Positions 46,483 to 56,002 of a stretch of DNA of 64,000 nt are shown in pieces. Location of the stretch: NCBI GenBank assembly GCA_018260475.1, contig JAGLBA010000009.1, forward strand, positions 8,741 to 72,740, given 5' to 3'. Source of the stretch: Chryseobacterium sp. (GTDB taxonomy: Bacteria > Bacteroidota > Bacteroidia > Flavobacteriales > Weeksellaceae). The translations under genes were made by a program, and so were the position numbers. The notes under the pieces were generated by a model. It was not told where the DNA came from. It saw only the letters and a list, made by a program, of their open reading frames with translations, and did no database searches. Within the stretch, counting starts at the first letter, position 1, and every line of letters starts with the position of its first letter.

Positions 46483-47346
46483 TTATTTATTCCTAAAATA
46501 CTGATACAGTATTTTGGAGTAATCTTCGCCGGAATGAATGTCCAAAAATCCGGCAGAGGCATTTTTAAAATCCTCTTCCAGTCTTCTCATTTTAAGTTTT
46601 TGTTGTTCGGCGTATTCGTAGCGCCATCTCGCGCTGGAAGTATTCGCCCAAACCTGCTCTCCCGTTTCTGAATCGCGGAAAAGTGTGTAACCAATATCCG
46701 GGATTTCATTATCTTTTTCATCATATACCCTCAAGCCCAGAAGCGCATGCTTTTTTGCTGCTACGCGTAATGTCTTGGTTGAGTAATCATCAGCAAAATC
46801 CGACATTACAAACACAAAGGATTTCTTTTTGAAAATGTTCAGCATATACTTCAAAGCGCCATCTAAATCACTTTTGGCAGGCACATAATCTGTAGTCAGA
46901 ATTTGTGAAATAATAGCCAAAACATGCTTCCTGCCTTTTTGTGGTGGTATTACTTTGTACACTTTATCAGCATAGAGAATCAGTCCTACTTTGTCATTGT
47001 TACCAACAGCAGAAAATCCTAAACTCGCACAAATCTCCGCTACAAATTCCCGTTTTAAGGCAATTTTTGTCCCATAATCCATTGATGCTGAAACATCTAC
47101 CAACAGCATCACCGTTAGTTCTCTTTCCTCCTCCATCACCTTTACATAAGGTTCGCGGAAGCGGGCGGTTTTATTCCAATCGAACCGGCGAATCTCATCT
47201 CCAAATTGGTACGGGCGCACTTCGGAAAAAGTCATTCCCTGTCCTTTGAAGGCACTATGATATTGACCCATCAGTGTAGCTTCGGACTTACGTTTCGAAC
47301 GAATTTCGATTTGTTTTACCTTACGGACAATGTCTTTGATTTGCAT
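46483..47346 (-). CDS. DUF58 domain protein (MoxR-associated, VWA-like)
   Basis: 287 aa. FSEVRPYQFGDEIRRFDW and MLLVDVSASMDYG motifs. Confidence 0.85.
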   Translation of the reverse strand: MQIKDIVRKVKQIEIRSKRKSEATLMGQYHSAFKGQGMTFSEVRPYQFGDEIRRFDWNKTARFREPYVKVMEEERELTVMLLVDVSASMDYGTKIALKREFVAEICASLGFSAVGNNDKVGLILYADKVYKVIPPQKGRKHVLAIISQILTTDYVPAKSDLDGALKYMLNIFKKKSFVFVMSDFADDYSTKTLRVAAKKHALLGLRVYDEKDNEIPDIGYTLFRDSETGEQVWANTSSARWRYEYAEQQKLKMRRLEEDFKNASAGFLDIHSGEDYSKILYQYFRNK

Positions 47347-47363
47347 TTTTTACAAGACGGGTT

Positions 47364-47813
47364 CTAAAATTCCACAGAAACATTTAGCCACTCGTCATCA
47401 AATTTAGATTGATACTTTTTATAAAATTCTATGGCATTCTTATTCCATTCTAAAACCTGGAATACCATCCCTGAAAAACCATTTTGCCTACCATAATCAA
47501 TTGTAGCCTCAAAAAGTAGTTTTCCTAAACCTGTGCCACGCATTTTTTCGGTAACGACCAAATCTTCAAGATAAAGTCTACGCCCTTTCCATGTAGAATA
47601 GCGAGTGTAATAAAGCGACATACCCACGATTGCGCCATCTGCCTGTGCTACGAATGCACCCCAGACAGGATTTTCCCCAAATCCATCTTCCGCTAACTGC
47701 TCCGCTGTAATCATCACTTGGTCACCCGCTTTTTCAAAGATTGCGAGTTCTTTTATGAGATCCATCATTGCTGAACAATCTTGTAGCTGTGCTTTTCGGA
47801 TTATTAATTCCAT
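47364..47813 (-). CDS. GNAT family N-acetyltransferase
   Basis: 149 aa. LYLEDLVVTEKMRGTGLGKLLFEATIDYGRQNGF acetyl-CoA binding motif. Embedded between moxR and the DUF58 gene. Confidence 0.85.
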   Translation of the reverse strand: MELIIRKAQLQDCSAMMDLIKELAIFEKAGDQVMITAEQLAEDGFGENPVWGAFVAQADGAIVGMSLYYTRYSTWKGRRLYLEDLVVTEKMRGTGLGKLLFEATIDYGRQNGFSGMVFQVLEWNKNAIEFYKKYQSKFDDEWLNVSVEF

Positions 47814-47860
47814 AAAGAATATATGCTTCCTTTAAAATTTAAAAAGTTTCCAAAACAAAA

Positions 47861-48865
47861 TCACGGCGCTTGGATTTTAGCAATAATACGATCAACGATT
47901 TCCTCGGATGAAATTTCTTCGGCCTCGGCCTCAAAGCTTAATCCGATACGGTGGCGGAGGACATCTTTAGCAATATCTTTCACATCTTCTGGAATCACAA
48001 AAGCACGATTTTTCAGGAAGGCCAATGCTCGAGAAGCGATAGCCAGATTGATACTTGCACGCGGAGAAGCCCCGAAACTTATATAGTTTTTCAGTTCAGC
48101 CAGACCGTATCGCTCTGGATAGCGGGTGGCAAAAACCATATCCAAAATGTATTTTTCTATTTTTTCATCAAGGTAAATTTGGTTTACCAAACTTTTCGCT
48201 TCCACAACTGTTTCCATCGAAATAACTTGCGAAATCTGAGGCTGGCGAGAGGAAGAAACCATCCGCATAATTTTTCGCTCATCTTCCATTTCTGGGTATC
48301 CGATTTTACATTTTAGCATAAAACGGTCGCTCTGCGCTTCCGGCAAAAGATAGGTACCCTCTTGGTCTATAGGGTTTTGCGTCGCCAATACAAGAAATGG
48401 TTTCGGTAAGGGCATGGTCTCATCGCCTATGGTTACCTGCTTCTCCTGCATAGCTTCCAATAGAGCAGACTGTACCTTGCTCGGCGCGCGGTTAATCTCA
48501 TCTGCCAATACGAAATTCGCAAAAATAGGTCCCTTTTTTATTGAAAAATCATTATCGCGCACGCTGTACATTTGCGTACCCACGACATCTGCCGGCAGCA
48601 AATCCGGGGTAAACTGTATTCTGGAAAACTCACCTGCCACAGCATCTGCAAGAGTTTTAATGGCTAAAGTTTTCGCCAATCCAGGAACACCTTCCAAAAG
48701 TATATGCCCATTTCCCAAAAGCCCAATCATCAGGCGATCTATCATGTAATCCTGACCTATAATCGCCTTATTGATTTCCTGTTTTAGCAGGGTGAAAAAA
48801 TAATTCTGTTCGCGCACCCTTTCGGTGAGCTGGCGGATGTCTTCTGCCTGATGTAATTCTGCCAT
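47861..48865 (-). CDS. moxR: MoxR family AAA+ ATPase
   Basis: Walker A LLEGVPGLAKT and Walker B FVLADEINRA. ATG 48865 (MAELHQ...) is preferred over the ORF-track TTG at 48910. Confidence 0.9.
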   Translation of the reverse strand: MAELHQAEDIRQLTERVREQNYFFTLLKQEINKAIIGQDYMIDRLMIGLLGNGHILLEGVPGLAKTLAIKTLADAVAGEFSRIQFTPDLLPADVVGTQMYSVRDNDFSIKKGPIFANFVLADEINRAPSKVQSALLEAMQEKQVTIGDETMPLPKPFLVLATQNPIDQEGTYLLPEAQSDRFMLKCKIGYPEMEDERKIMRMVSSSRQPQISQVISMETVVEAKSLVNQIYLDEKIEKYILDMVFATRYPERYGLAELKNYISFGASPRASINLAIASRALAFLKNRAFVIPEDVKDIAKDVLRHRIGLSFEAEAEEISSEEIVDRIIAKIQAP

Positions 48866-49067
48866 ATTCTTACTTAAACTAATCGGTAAAATTGCGATAA
48901 ATAAGGGCAAAAATCAACACAACAAATAATAATAAATGGTTAAAGTTTGTTAAAGAATTAAGTTGTATTTTAATTAATTTCTTCTTCCGTCAATAAGAAT
49001 TTTTTGAGTTACTCACAAAGAAATGTTAAGATTCATCAAGAACGCTATGGTTTAGCAAAAACTCCCT

Positions 49068-49097
49068 TTGCGCTTTCATCGATTTAGACTATTTTTG
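49068..49097 (+). promoter_or_regulatory. consensus Bacteroidota promoter TTG-N19-TATTTTTG for the DinB-family gene
   Basis: -33 TTG at 49068-49070, a 19-nt spacer and the -7 box at 49090-49097, 21 nt before ATG 49119. Confidence 0.55.
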
Positions 49098-49118
49098 AGG
49101 ATTAAAAAATTTTGGTAA

Positions 49119-49592
49119 ATGAATTATCATTTTCAAGCACACCGCCAGGTTCGTAAAAACCTGCTGCACATGCTACAAACCACACCGCACGACCAACTGA
49201 TGACCATCCCGGATGGTTTCAACAATAATATATACTGGAATATCGCCCATACTGTGGCAACACAACAACTTTTGCACTATTATCTGAGTGGGAACCCATT
49301 TCGGATAGATAAATATTGGATCGATACCTATAAAAAAGGAACGCTCCCCAACTTGAATGTGCAAGAATCCGAAATTGAAGATTTGGAATTTCTGCTTACG
49401 GAAACTTCACGAATCCTAATGACGGATTACGATGCGGATTTTTTCTCGGATTATACGCCATATACCACCAGTTTCGGGATGGATTTGAAGAGCATACAGG
49501 ACGCCATCATCTTCAATAATATGCACGAAAGCCTTCATTACGGCTATGCAATGGCGCAGAAAAGGGCGCTGCTGGTAGAGGGATTTAATTAG
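49119..49592 (+). CDS. DinB family (four-helix bundle) protein
   Basis: 157 aa. NIYWNIAHTVATQQ...SLHYGYAMAQKR His-containing helices are typical of DinB_2. Confidence 0.7.
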   Translation: MNYHFQAHRQVRKNLLHMLQTTPHDQLMTIPDGFNNNIYWNIAHTVATQQLLHYYLSGNPFRIDKYWIDTYKKGTLPNLNVQESEIEDLEFLLTETSRILMTDYDADFFSDYTPYTTSFGMDLKSIQDAIIFNNMHESLHYGYAMAQKRALLVEGFN

Positions 49593-49610
49593 TGGATAGA
49601 GGTTTAGAAT

Positions 49611-50474
49611 ATGATAAATTATAAGGATAGAATTAAAATCAAAAATAAATTGATAAGAAAACAATACGGAAACAACGACAGCCACAACAGGGAAAATCGG
49701 GATGATGACCAACCGGACTTAAACGATAAGAACCCGAAAGATGACTTCATCTTCGGGCTTAGACCTGTGATAGAGGCGATAGAGGCGGATAAAACCATAG
49801 ATAAAATTTTCCTGCAGACTGGTTTGCAAGGTCCCATCTTCGCTGAACTAAAGGCACTTTTGGCGAAGTATAAAATCCGCCCGAATTATGTACCTATCGA
49901 AAAATTAAACCGCTTCACGCGAAAAAACCATCAGGGTGTGGTGGCTTTTATTTCGGATGTGCCGTTTGAGAGCATCGAGGATGTGCTGCCGCAACTTTTC
50001 GAGCAGGGTAAAACGCCTTTTCTGCTTATCCTAGACCGCCTGACGGATGTTCGTAATTTTGGAGCCATCTGCCGTACGGCGGAATGTACGGGCGTAGATG
50101 CGATTATCCTACCGGAGAAAGGCGCCGCACCCATCAATTCCGATGCTATAAAAACTTCCGCAGGAGCAATTTATAATATTAAAATCTGTAAAGAAAAAAA
50201 CCTGTCGCATACGGTAAATTTCCTTCAACAAAGCGGTGTAAAAGTATTTGCAGCAACAGAAAAGGCTCAAAAACTGATTTACGATGTCAGTTTTGCGGAA
50301 CCTTGTGCTATCGTGCTGGGGAATGAGGAAACGGGAATTTCTAAGGAAGTCCTGCACCACGCCGACGATAAAATAAAACTCCCAATAACGGGGAAAACGC
50401 AATCACTCAATGTTTCCGTAGCCGCAGGCGCCATTTTGTACGAAGCGGTGAGGCAAAAATTGGTGACTGATTAA
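49611..50474 (+). CDS. rlmB: 23S rRNA (guanosine-2'-O)-methyltransferase RlmB (SpoU/TrmH family)
   Basis: IFGLRPVIEAIEA substrate-binding N-domain. SpoU motifs NFGAICRTAE, VLGNEETGIS and SLNVSVAAGAILYE. Confidence 0.85.
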   Translation: MINYKDRIKIKNKLIRKQYGNNDSHNRENRDDDQPDLNDKNPKDDFIFGLRPVIEAIEADKTIDKIFLQTGLQGPIFAELKALLAKYKIRPNYVPIEKLNRFTRKNHQGVVAFISDVPFESIEDVLPQLFEQGKTPFLLILDRLTDVRNFGAICRTAECTGVDAIILPEKGAAPINSDAIKTSAGAIYNIKICKEKNLSHTVNFLQQSGVKVFAATEKAQKLIYDVSFAEPCAIVLGNEETGISKEVLHHADDKIKLPITGKTQSLNVSVAAGAILYEAVRQKLVTD

Positions 50475-50727
50475 CTTGCTGATGCTTTAGTTCGTTTCTT
50501 TTTTAAGCTGTAAATTATCAATCTGAATCAATGAAAGAAATAATTCACTAATTAAAGGATGATCTACAGTACAAATGGGCCATCAAAAACTTAAAAGTAG
50601 AGCAGAAAGAAATTGAACTCGTGAAAGAACTAAATCGTCTTGGTGACTTCAAAACAATCTCCTCAGAAATAACAATTTAATAAAACAAAGACGCAGATTT
50701 GATTTCTGGAAAAAAATAAAATTCAAA

Positions 50728-51774
50728 ATGAAAAAATATACCGCAATTGCATTGCTTGCCATAACCCTCATTTCATGTAAGAAAGAAACAAAAACGGTAA
50801 GCAAAACCGATCCCGTAACCGGTAAAACCACTTCCGTGGAAGTCCCTGTGGAAGAGACCCAAAAAGTAGAAGAAACCTTTGCTATTAAGGATTCTGCAGG
50901 GGTTTACAAACAAGGTTTCAAACTAGAAAAAGGCCAAACCTATCCGCTTACCACTTACACTAGAAATATACAGACAGTAACCGATCCTAGCGGAAAAACC
51001 ATGAGCGGCACCTCTGAATCGACCGATGAAATGAGTTTCACGGTAAATGATTTTAAGGACGGAATCTATGACATCAGCATCAACCTCATTAGCAAAAGAA
51101 ATTCTGAAAGTATGAACGGCAAAACAATGGCCGTAGATACCAAAGCCGCCGCGCCAAAAGAAGACCAACTGAAAATGATGTGGAATGTAAATAAAGCTTT
51201 GACTGGAAACAAACTGCAGATGAAAATGAAAGAGAATGGCGAGGTAATCTCCATCTCCGGTTTCGAACCTGTTTACAATAAAATAACCGCGTCTGCTGGA
51301 ACGATGATTAAGGATGGGAAACAAAAAGCAGCATTTGCACAAAGTTTCAAGGAAAGTTTTAACGAAAAAGTCTTAAAAGACCAATTTAGCAAAAATCTGA
51401 TGGTTTTACCTAAAAAAGGAGCGAAAATTGGTGAAAAATGGACGGAATCCGAAAACGCTTCGCAAGACGGAAAAGTGAAAATGACCACCACCTTTACCCT
51501 GAAAAGTGTAGAAAACGGCAAAGCGACTGTAGCAGTAACCGGCGGAATTCCTTACAAATCCGACAAAAAAGCCCAACAAGGCATGACCCATACCATGAGT
51601 TCCGAGATGTCCCAAAATGGAAACATCGTTCTGGATCAGGCAACTGGCTGGATCACCAACCAAAATGTAAACTTGAAAACTTCCCAAACAGAAAGCATCA
51701 GTGATGGGAAGAAAACACAAAGCATGAAAAGCGTTTCCAACACCACCGTGATGGTAAATCCTTCCGCAAAATAA
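50728..51774 (+). CDS. lipoprotein, function unknown
   Basis: Lipobox LAITLISC. 348 aa, K/T/S-rich. No motif recognised. Confidence 0.65.
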   Translation: MKKYTAIALLAITLISCKKETKTVSKTDPVTGKTTSVEVPVEETQKVEETFAIKDSAGVYKQGFKLEKGQTYPLTTYTRNIQTVTDPSGKTMSGTSESTDEMSFTVNDFKDGIYDISINLISKRNSESMNGKTMAVDTKAAAPKEDQLKMMWNVNKALTGNKLQMKMKENGEVISISGFEPVYNKITASAGTMIKDGKQKAAFAQSFKESFNEKVLKDQFSKNLMVLPKKGAKIGEKWTESENASQDGKVKMTTTFTLKSVENGKATVAVTGGIPYKSDKKAQQGMTHTMSSEMSQNGNIVLDQATGWITNQNVNLKTSQTESISDGKKTQSMKSVSNTTVMVNPSAK

Positions 51775-51783
51775 CCGCGCACC

Positions 51784-52017
51784 ATGAAACATATCCTGGA
51801 ATTCATCCTGATTACGATCATCCTGTTTTTCTTTTGGAACATTCTGAAAAGACTGTTTTTCAGAGTGTTTTACAAACCTACCCAGCAAGTACCGCCACAG
51901 AGATCGGCAGATTTTCAGCGAAGCAAGAGCAAACCGCTGGATCGAAACCCAAACGGCCTGAAATGGGATGCCGAAGATGCCGTGTATGAGGAAATAAAAG
52001 AAGAAAAGAAATTTTAA
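51784..52017 (+). CDS. small membrane-anchored protein (DUF4834-like)
   Basis: 77 aa. N-terminal TM segment ILEFILITIILFFFWNI followed by a charged tail. The family call is tentative. Confidence 0.5.
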   Translation: MKHILEFILITIILFFFWNILKRLFFRVFYKPTQQVPPQRSADFQRSKSKPLDRNPNGLKWDAEDAVYEEIKEEKKF

Positions 52018-52090
52018 AATCAGCCCTTTCAGATGTTTTGAACTTTGAAAGGGTTTTATTAAAAAATACAGACTATTAATCTACGAAAAA

Positions 52091-54664
52091 ATGCTCAAAT
52101 CCAATAAAAATATCATCTTCATCGCAGGGAGCATCATCGTTTTTGCAATATTGGCCTTCCTATATGCGAGCCCCGTGCTGAGTGGCAAAATGCTTTTCCA
52201 GCACGACATTGTGCAGTACAAAGGCGGTGCAAAAGAACTACTGGACTACCGCGCCCAATACGGCAAGGAAACCTATTGGAGCGACAGCATGTTCGGTGGT
52301 ATGCCCACTTACCAAATGGGTGCGCAATTCCGAGGCGATATTATCCAAAACTTTGATGACTTACTGTTTTTCTTCCCCAAACCGGTGAACTATATTTTCG
52401 TGCTTTTTGCAGGATTTTTTCTCTTGGGAATGGTGGCAGTACGAAACTGGAAATATGCACTCTTGGGCGCAACATTTTTCGGGCTATCTACTTATTTCTA
52501 TATCATCATCGCGGCAGGGCACAACGGGAAAGTGCATACGATTGCCTATTTCGCACCGCTATTAGCAGGAATTCTATTGGTTTACATCCGCAAAAAATAC
52601 ATATTAGGATTCATCATCACTACCCTTTTCATGGGATTACAAATATCGGCGAATCACCCGCAAATGACTTACTATCTGTTCATCGCACTTTGTTTTCTAT
52701 TTTTGTCCGAACTCATCCGTGCAGTAACGCATAAAATTTCGTGGAAGCATTTTGGAATTTCGACCGGAATTGTAGCTCTTGCCTGCGTCCTGGGCGTGGG
52801 TATGAATTCACAAAGAATTATGGCGAATGCGGAATACATCAAAGAAACCGTGCGTGGCAACCAGATTTTGACTACTAAAAAGCAAGGCAAAGGAACATCG
52901 GGAATGGATAAAGAAAGCATTCTCAACTGGTCTTACGGCAAAACAGAGACCCTTAACCTCATGATTCCGAGACTCATGGGTGGCGCAAGTAACAGCGCTG
53001 ATGGCGAGCAAATGATGGGGGAAATCCAACAACTTATACAGGAAAATGCGACTTCGCAAAATGAAGTAGACCACATCATGAGAGGCTTGCAAAGTCCAAC
53101 CTATTGGGGCGAACAGCCGGGGACATCGGGGCCAGCATACCAGGGCGCCGTTGTGGTTTTTTTAGCCATTTTAGGATTCTTTTTCGCTTGGAAAAAATAC
53201 CGCTATTGGATTTTGGGCGCCACTATTCTCAGCATTTTATTGGCTTGGGGTAGCAATTTTATGCCGCTTTCAGATTTTTTCATTGAATTTGTACCTTTTT
53301 ACAATAAATTTCGTGCGCCGAGCTCCATATTGGTAGTCGTGGAGTTGCTTTTCCCTCTCATCGCAATTGTAGGATTATACCGCTTATTTAATTCAAATAA
53401 AACCACGGAAATTTATGAGGAAAATATTTTGACGGAGAAATACAAACAGAAAACATTGCTTATTGTTTCTGGCGCAGTTTTAGGACTTATTTTGTTGCTT
53501 TTGGTTTTTGGCAAGAGCATTTTAGGCTTTTACAACGAAACCGAAAAAGCCTACCTACCCTCATGGCTATTGGATTATTTGATAGACGAGCGTTACAAAA
53601 TGTTCCGTACCGATGCTTTGAAAACCCTATTCTATATAGTAGCCACTGCGGGCGTTTTATTTTTGAGCTTAAAGCGAAAATTGTCGCAAAATATGGCATT
53701 AATGATTATTGGGGCGATTAGTTTGTTTGACCTTTGGACGGTGAATCGCGATTATCTGAACAGGGATAATTTCATCGACAAAAATTTTGCGGATAACCCT
53801 TTCCAAACGGAAAGTTCAGATTTATTAGTAGATAAGGTGGGCGACAACCTAAACCTGCAATCACTCTTGGCAAATGCAAACATCAACAAAGCTTTGCAAA
53901 CCATTTCCGAAAAAGATACTTCGCACTACCGTGTTTTCAACCAACTGATTGGACCTTTTAACGAAACCAATACTTCCTATTTCATTGCTTCCGTGGGCGG
54001 TTACCATGCCGTGAAACTTCGCAGATACGATGATTTAGTGAATACCTATTTTTTCGCTAATGACAGCATTAAACAAAAGCAAATCCCTGAGATTTTGAAC
54101 TTGCTTAATACAAAATATGTAGTAGGTGGAAGCCCTGAACAGCCACAAATTCAGCAAAATCCATTGGCAAATGGCAACGCTTGGTTTGTCTCTGATGTAA
54201 GATTCGCAAATACCCCGAATGAGGAAATCGACGCGATAGGAGGCATCAACACCAAGAAAACCGCCGTAGTTTCTACTTCCGATAAAAAATATTTTAATGG
54301 AAAACCTTTGGCAGCCGACAGTACCGCGCAAATATCTTTGATAAAATACCAAGCCGATGAGCTGAAATTTGCCACGAAAAGCCAAACGCCACAACTCGCC
54401 GTAATTTCGGAAATCTACTATCCAAAAGGCTGGAAGATGATTTTGGATGGCAAGGAAACGCCTTATATCAAGGCGAATTATCTGCTCCGTGCCGTGCATA
54501 TTCCTGCTGGAAATCATTCCCTTAAAATGATTTTCGAGCCGGAAGTCATACAGACCGGGAAAACCGTTTCTTTAATTGCTTTCGGAACTTTCCTATTACT
54601 CAGTGGTTTTGGCATTTGGTTTTTGTTGAAGGCAAAATCAACTGAAAAGACGGAATTTATTTAG
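52091..54664 (+). CDS. YfhO-family polytopic membrane protein (glycosyltransferase-like)
   Basis: 857 aa with many TM segments in the first ~480 aa, a large extracytoplasmic domain and a terminal TM segment. The N-terminus ...MLFQHDIVQYKGGAKE...WSDSMFGGMP resembles YfhO proteins. Confidence 0.7.
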   Translation: MLKSNKNIIFIAGSIIVFAILAFLYASPVLSGKMLFQHDIVQYKGGAKELLDYRAQYGKETYWSDSMFGGMPTYQMGAQFRGDIIQNFDDLLFFFPKPVNYIFVLFAGFFLLGMVAVRNWKYALLGATFFGLSTYFYIIIAAGHNGKVHTIAYFAPLLAGILLVYIRKKYILGFIITTLFMGLQISANHPQMTYYLFIALCFLFLSELIRAVTHKISWKHFGISTGIVALACVLGVGMNSQRIMANAEYIKETVRGNQILTTKKQGKGTSGMDKESILNWSYGKTETLNLMIPRLMGGASNSADGEQMMGEIQQLIQENATSQNEVDHIMRGLQSPTYWGEQPGTSGPAYQGAVVVFLAILGFFFAWKKYRYWILGATILSILLAWGSNFMPLSDFFIEFVPFYNKFRAPSSILVVVELLFPLIAIVGLYRLFNSNKTTEIYEENILTEKYKQKTLLIVSGAVLGLILLLLVFGKSILGFYNETEKAYLPSWLLDYLIDERYKMFRTDALKTLFYIVATAGVLFLSLKRKLSQNMALMIIGAISLFDLWTVNRDYLNRDNFIDKNFADNPFQTESSDLLVDKVGDNLNLQSLLANANINKALQTISEKDTSHYRVFNQLIGPFNETNTSYFIASVGGYHAVKLRRYDDLVNTYFFANDSIKQKQIPEILNLLNTKYVVGGSPEQPQIQQNPLANGNAWFVSDVRFANTPNEEIDAIGGINTKKTAVVSTSDKKYFNGKPLAADSTAQISLIKYQADELKFATKSQTPQLAVISEIYYPKGWKMILDGKETPYIKANYLLRAVHIPAGNHSLKMIFEPEVIQTGKTVSLIAFGTFLLLSGFGIWFLLKAKSTEKTEFI

Positions 54665-54710
54665 CATCATAAACTATCCTCGTCTACTTTCCAAATGACA
54701 AAATAAAAGT

Positions 54711-55241
54711 GTGCTCGTACTATCTGAACAAGAAGTAGAGGAACTTTTTGCCAGCGATACGCGCTCAGACATCCTGTCGCAAGCGGAAAAAAAATGAAAC
54801 TTCAAATGCCGTATATGGTTGGGTAGCCAAATTCCACAGGCTGATTTACGATCAAGAACTGGACGATGAAATGCTGGCGATAAAACGCATTTCCCCACCG
54901 TTTTCGGGCGCATGCAGCCGAAAACGAGAACTTTGGACCACTGTTTATTATATGATTTGATACAATTTCACAAGGCTGTTTTTGCGCATCGCAAACTGAA
55001 GCGTCCTACTAAAATTTCCGGGGGAGCTTACGATTATATCCTACTCAGCGACGATAGCCTACGCCTCATCGATACAGGAATATCTTCTTTAAAAACGCAA
55101 GTTGGCAACAAACTTTTTCAGAAATATATTGAAATAGAAATTGCTGATCACAGTTATTTGAAAAATACTTTTCAGACATTTAATTACTTTTTCACCGGCT
55201 TCCGCAATGGTATTGTATTTATTTCCGGGATGTTGGAATAA
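54711..55241 (+). pseudogene. candidate frameshifted gene (three consecutive reading-frame segments; weak phosphotransferase/kinase-like flavour)
   Basis: Segments VLVLSEQEVEELFASDTRSDILSQAEKK*, then ETSNAVYGWVAKFHRLIYDQELDDEMLAIKR..., then LYDLIQFHKAVF...GGAYDYILLSDDSLRLIDTGISS... follow each other in frames +3, +2 and +3. Deleting one A from the A8 run (54787-54794) joins the first two segments. Confidence 0.35.
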
Positions 55242-55582
55242 ATCCATTCTTCGGTTTTAATGATAAAATGGTTGCGTTTCAAAATCATCTTAGTGATCAC
55301 GATAACCGCGCCAAAAATGAAAGACAATAACAACGAAAGCAGTCCAAAACTTTTGGAAATGGCTGCGCGCTGGTCATCATTCAATATAATTTTGAAACTA
55401 CGCGCAACCCAATCGAGGAATATTTTATAATGAAAAAGCCCCTCCGCCAGAAGCCCTATGCCCAAAACCAAGAATACCGCAGAGAGCAACCAAGCCAAAA
55501 CATGCAGCGTGCCCACAAAAAAAGTATTGCCGGATACGGATGGTTGTTCGTCCAGCAAGCTCTGCAACTCACGAATTTTCAT
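55184..55582 (-). CDS. membrane protein, function unknown
   Basis: Start placed at ATG 55582 (MKIRELQS...), which overlaps the upstream stop as ATGA. Two or three TM helices. The ORF-track N-terminal extension overlaps the upstream gene. Confidence 0.55.
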   Translation of the reverse strand: MKIRELQSLLDEQPSVSGNTFFVGTLHVLAWLLSAVFLVLGIGLLAEGLFHYKIFLDWVARSFKIILNDDQRAAISKSFGLLSLLLSFIFGAVIVITKMILKRNHFIIKTEEWIYSNIPEINTIPLRKPVKK

Positions 55583-55926
55583 CAGTCTTCGCTCAAAAAC
55601 ATGGAACCCACCAGTGAAGTGATGGCCGACAAAGCGATACTGAAAAAGAATGCCCACCAAAAGCCATCTACCTGCATCCCATCAATAAAATAATCGGAGA
55701 TAAGAATTACTATCGCATTGATTACCAAAGAGAAAAGTCCTAGGGTAAGTATCGTGAGAGGTAATCCAAGGATTTTCAAAATAGGAGTTACGACCATATT
55801 TAAAATCGAAAGCACGATCGAAAAAATAATGGCAGTCGAAAAATCGTTAAAATGAACTCCGGAAAGTAATTTAGTGAGAAAAAAAGCTACAACCGAAGTC
55901 AGTAGCAAGCGGATAATCATATTCAT
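55582..55926 (-). CDS. DUF360 / phage-holin-4_2 family membrane protein
   Basis: MNMIIRLLLTSVVAFFLTKLLSGVHF... with four TM helices, typical of YvlD/DUF360. ATG 55926 is preferred over TTG 55947. Confidence 0.75.
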   Translation of the reverse strand: MNMIIRLLLTSVVAFFLTKLLSGVHFNDFSTAIIFSIVLSILNMVVTPILKILGLPLTILTLGLFSLVINAIVILISDYFIDGMQVDGFWWAFFFSIALSAITSLVGSMFLSED

Positions 55927-55949
55927 AATGCAAAATTTAGAGTTCAAAA

Positions 55950-55983
55950 ATACAAAAACCCTCCGGGAAATCCGAAGGGTTTT
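55950..55983 (-). terminator. intrinsic terminator ending the btuB-lipoprotein operon
   Basis: The minus strand reads aaaacccttcgg-atttc-ccggagggtttt (one mismatch) followed by TGTATTTTT. Confidence 0.7.
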
Positions 55984-56002
55984 AAGATTTGTTTAGTGAA
56001 AA

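Noticed and set aside
50540-50690. Start-less ~45-codon reading frame (DDLQYKWAIKNLKVEQKEIELVKELNRLGDFKTISSEITI*) between rlmB and the lipoprotein gene
   Set aside because: No start codon, no recognisable family, and a stop immediately upstream. It could be a gene relic, but nothing supports that.
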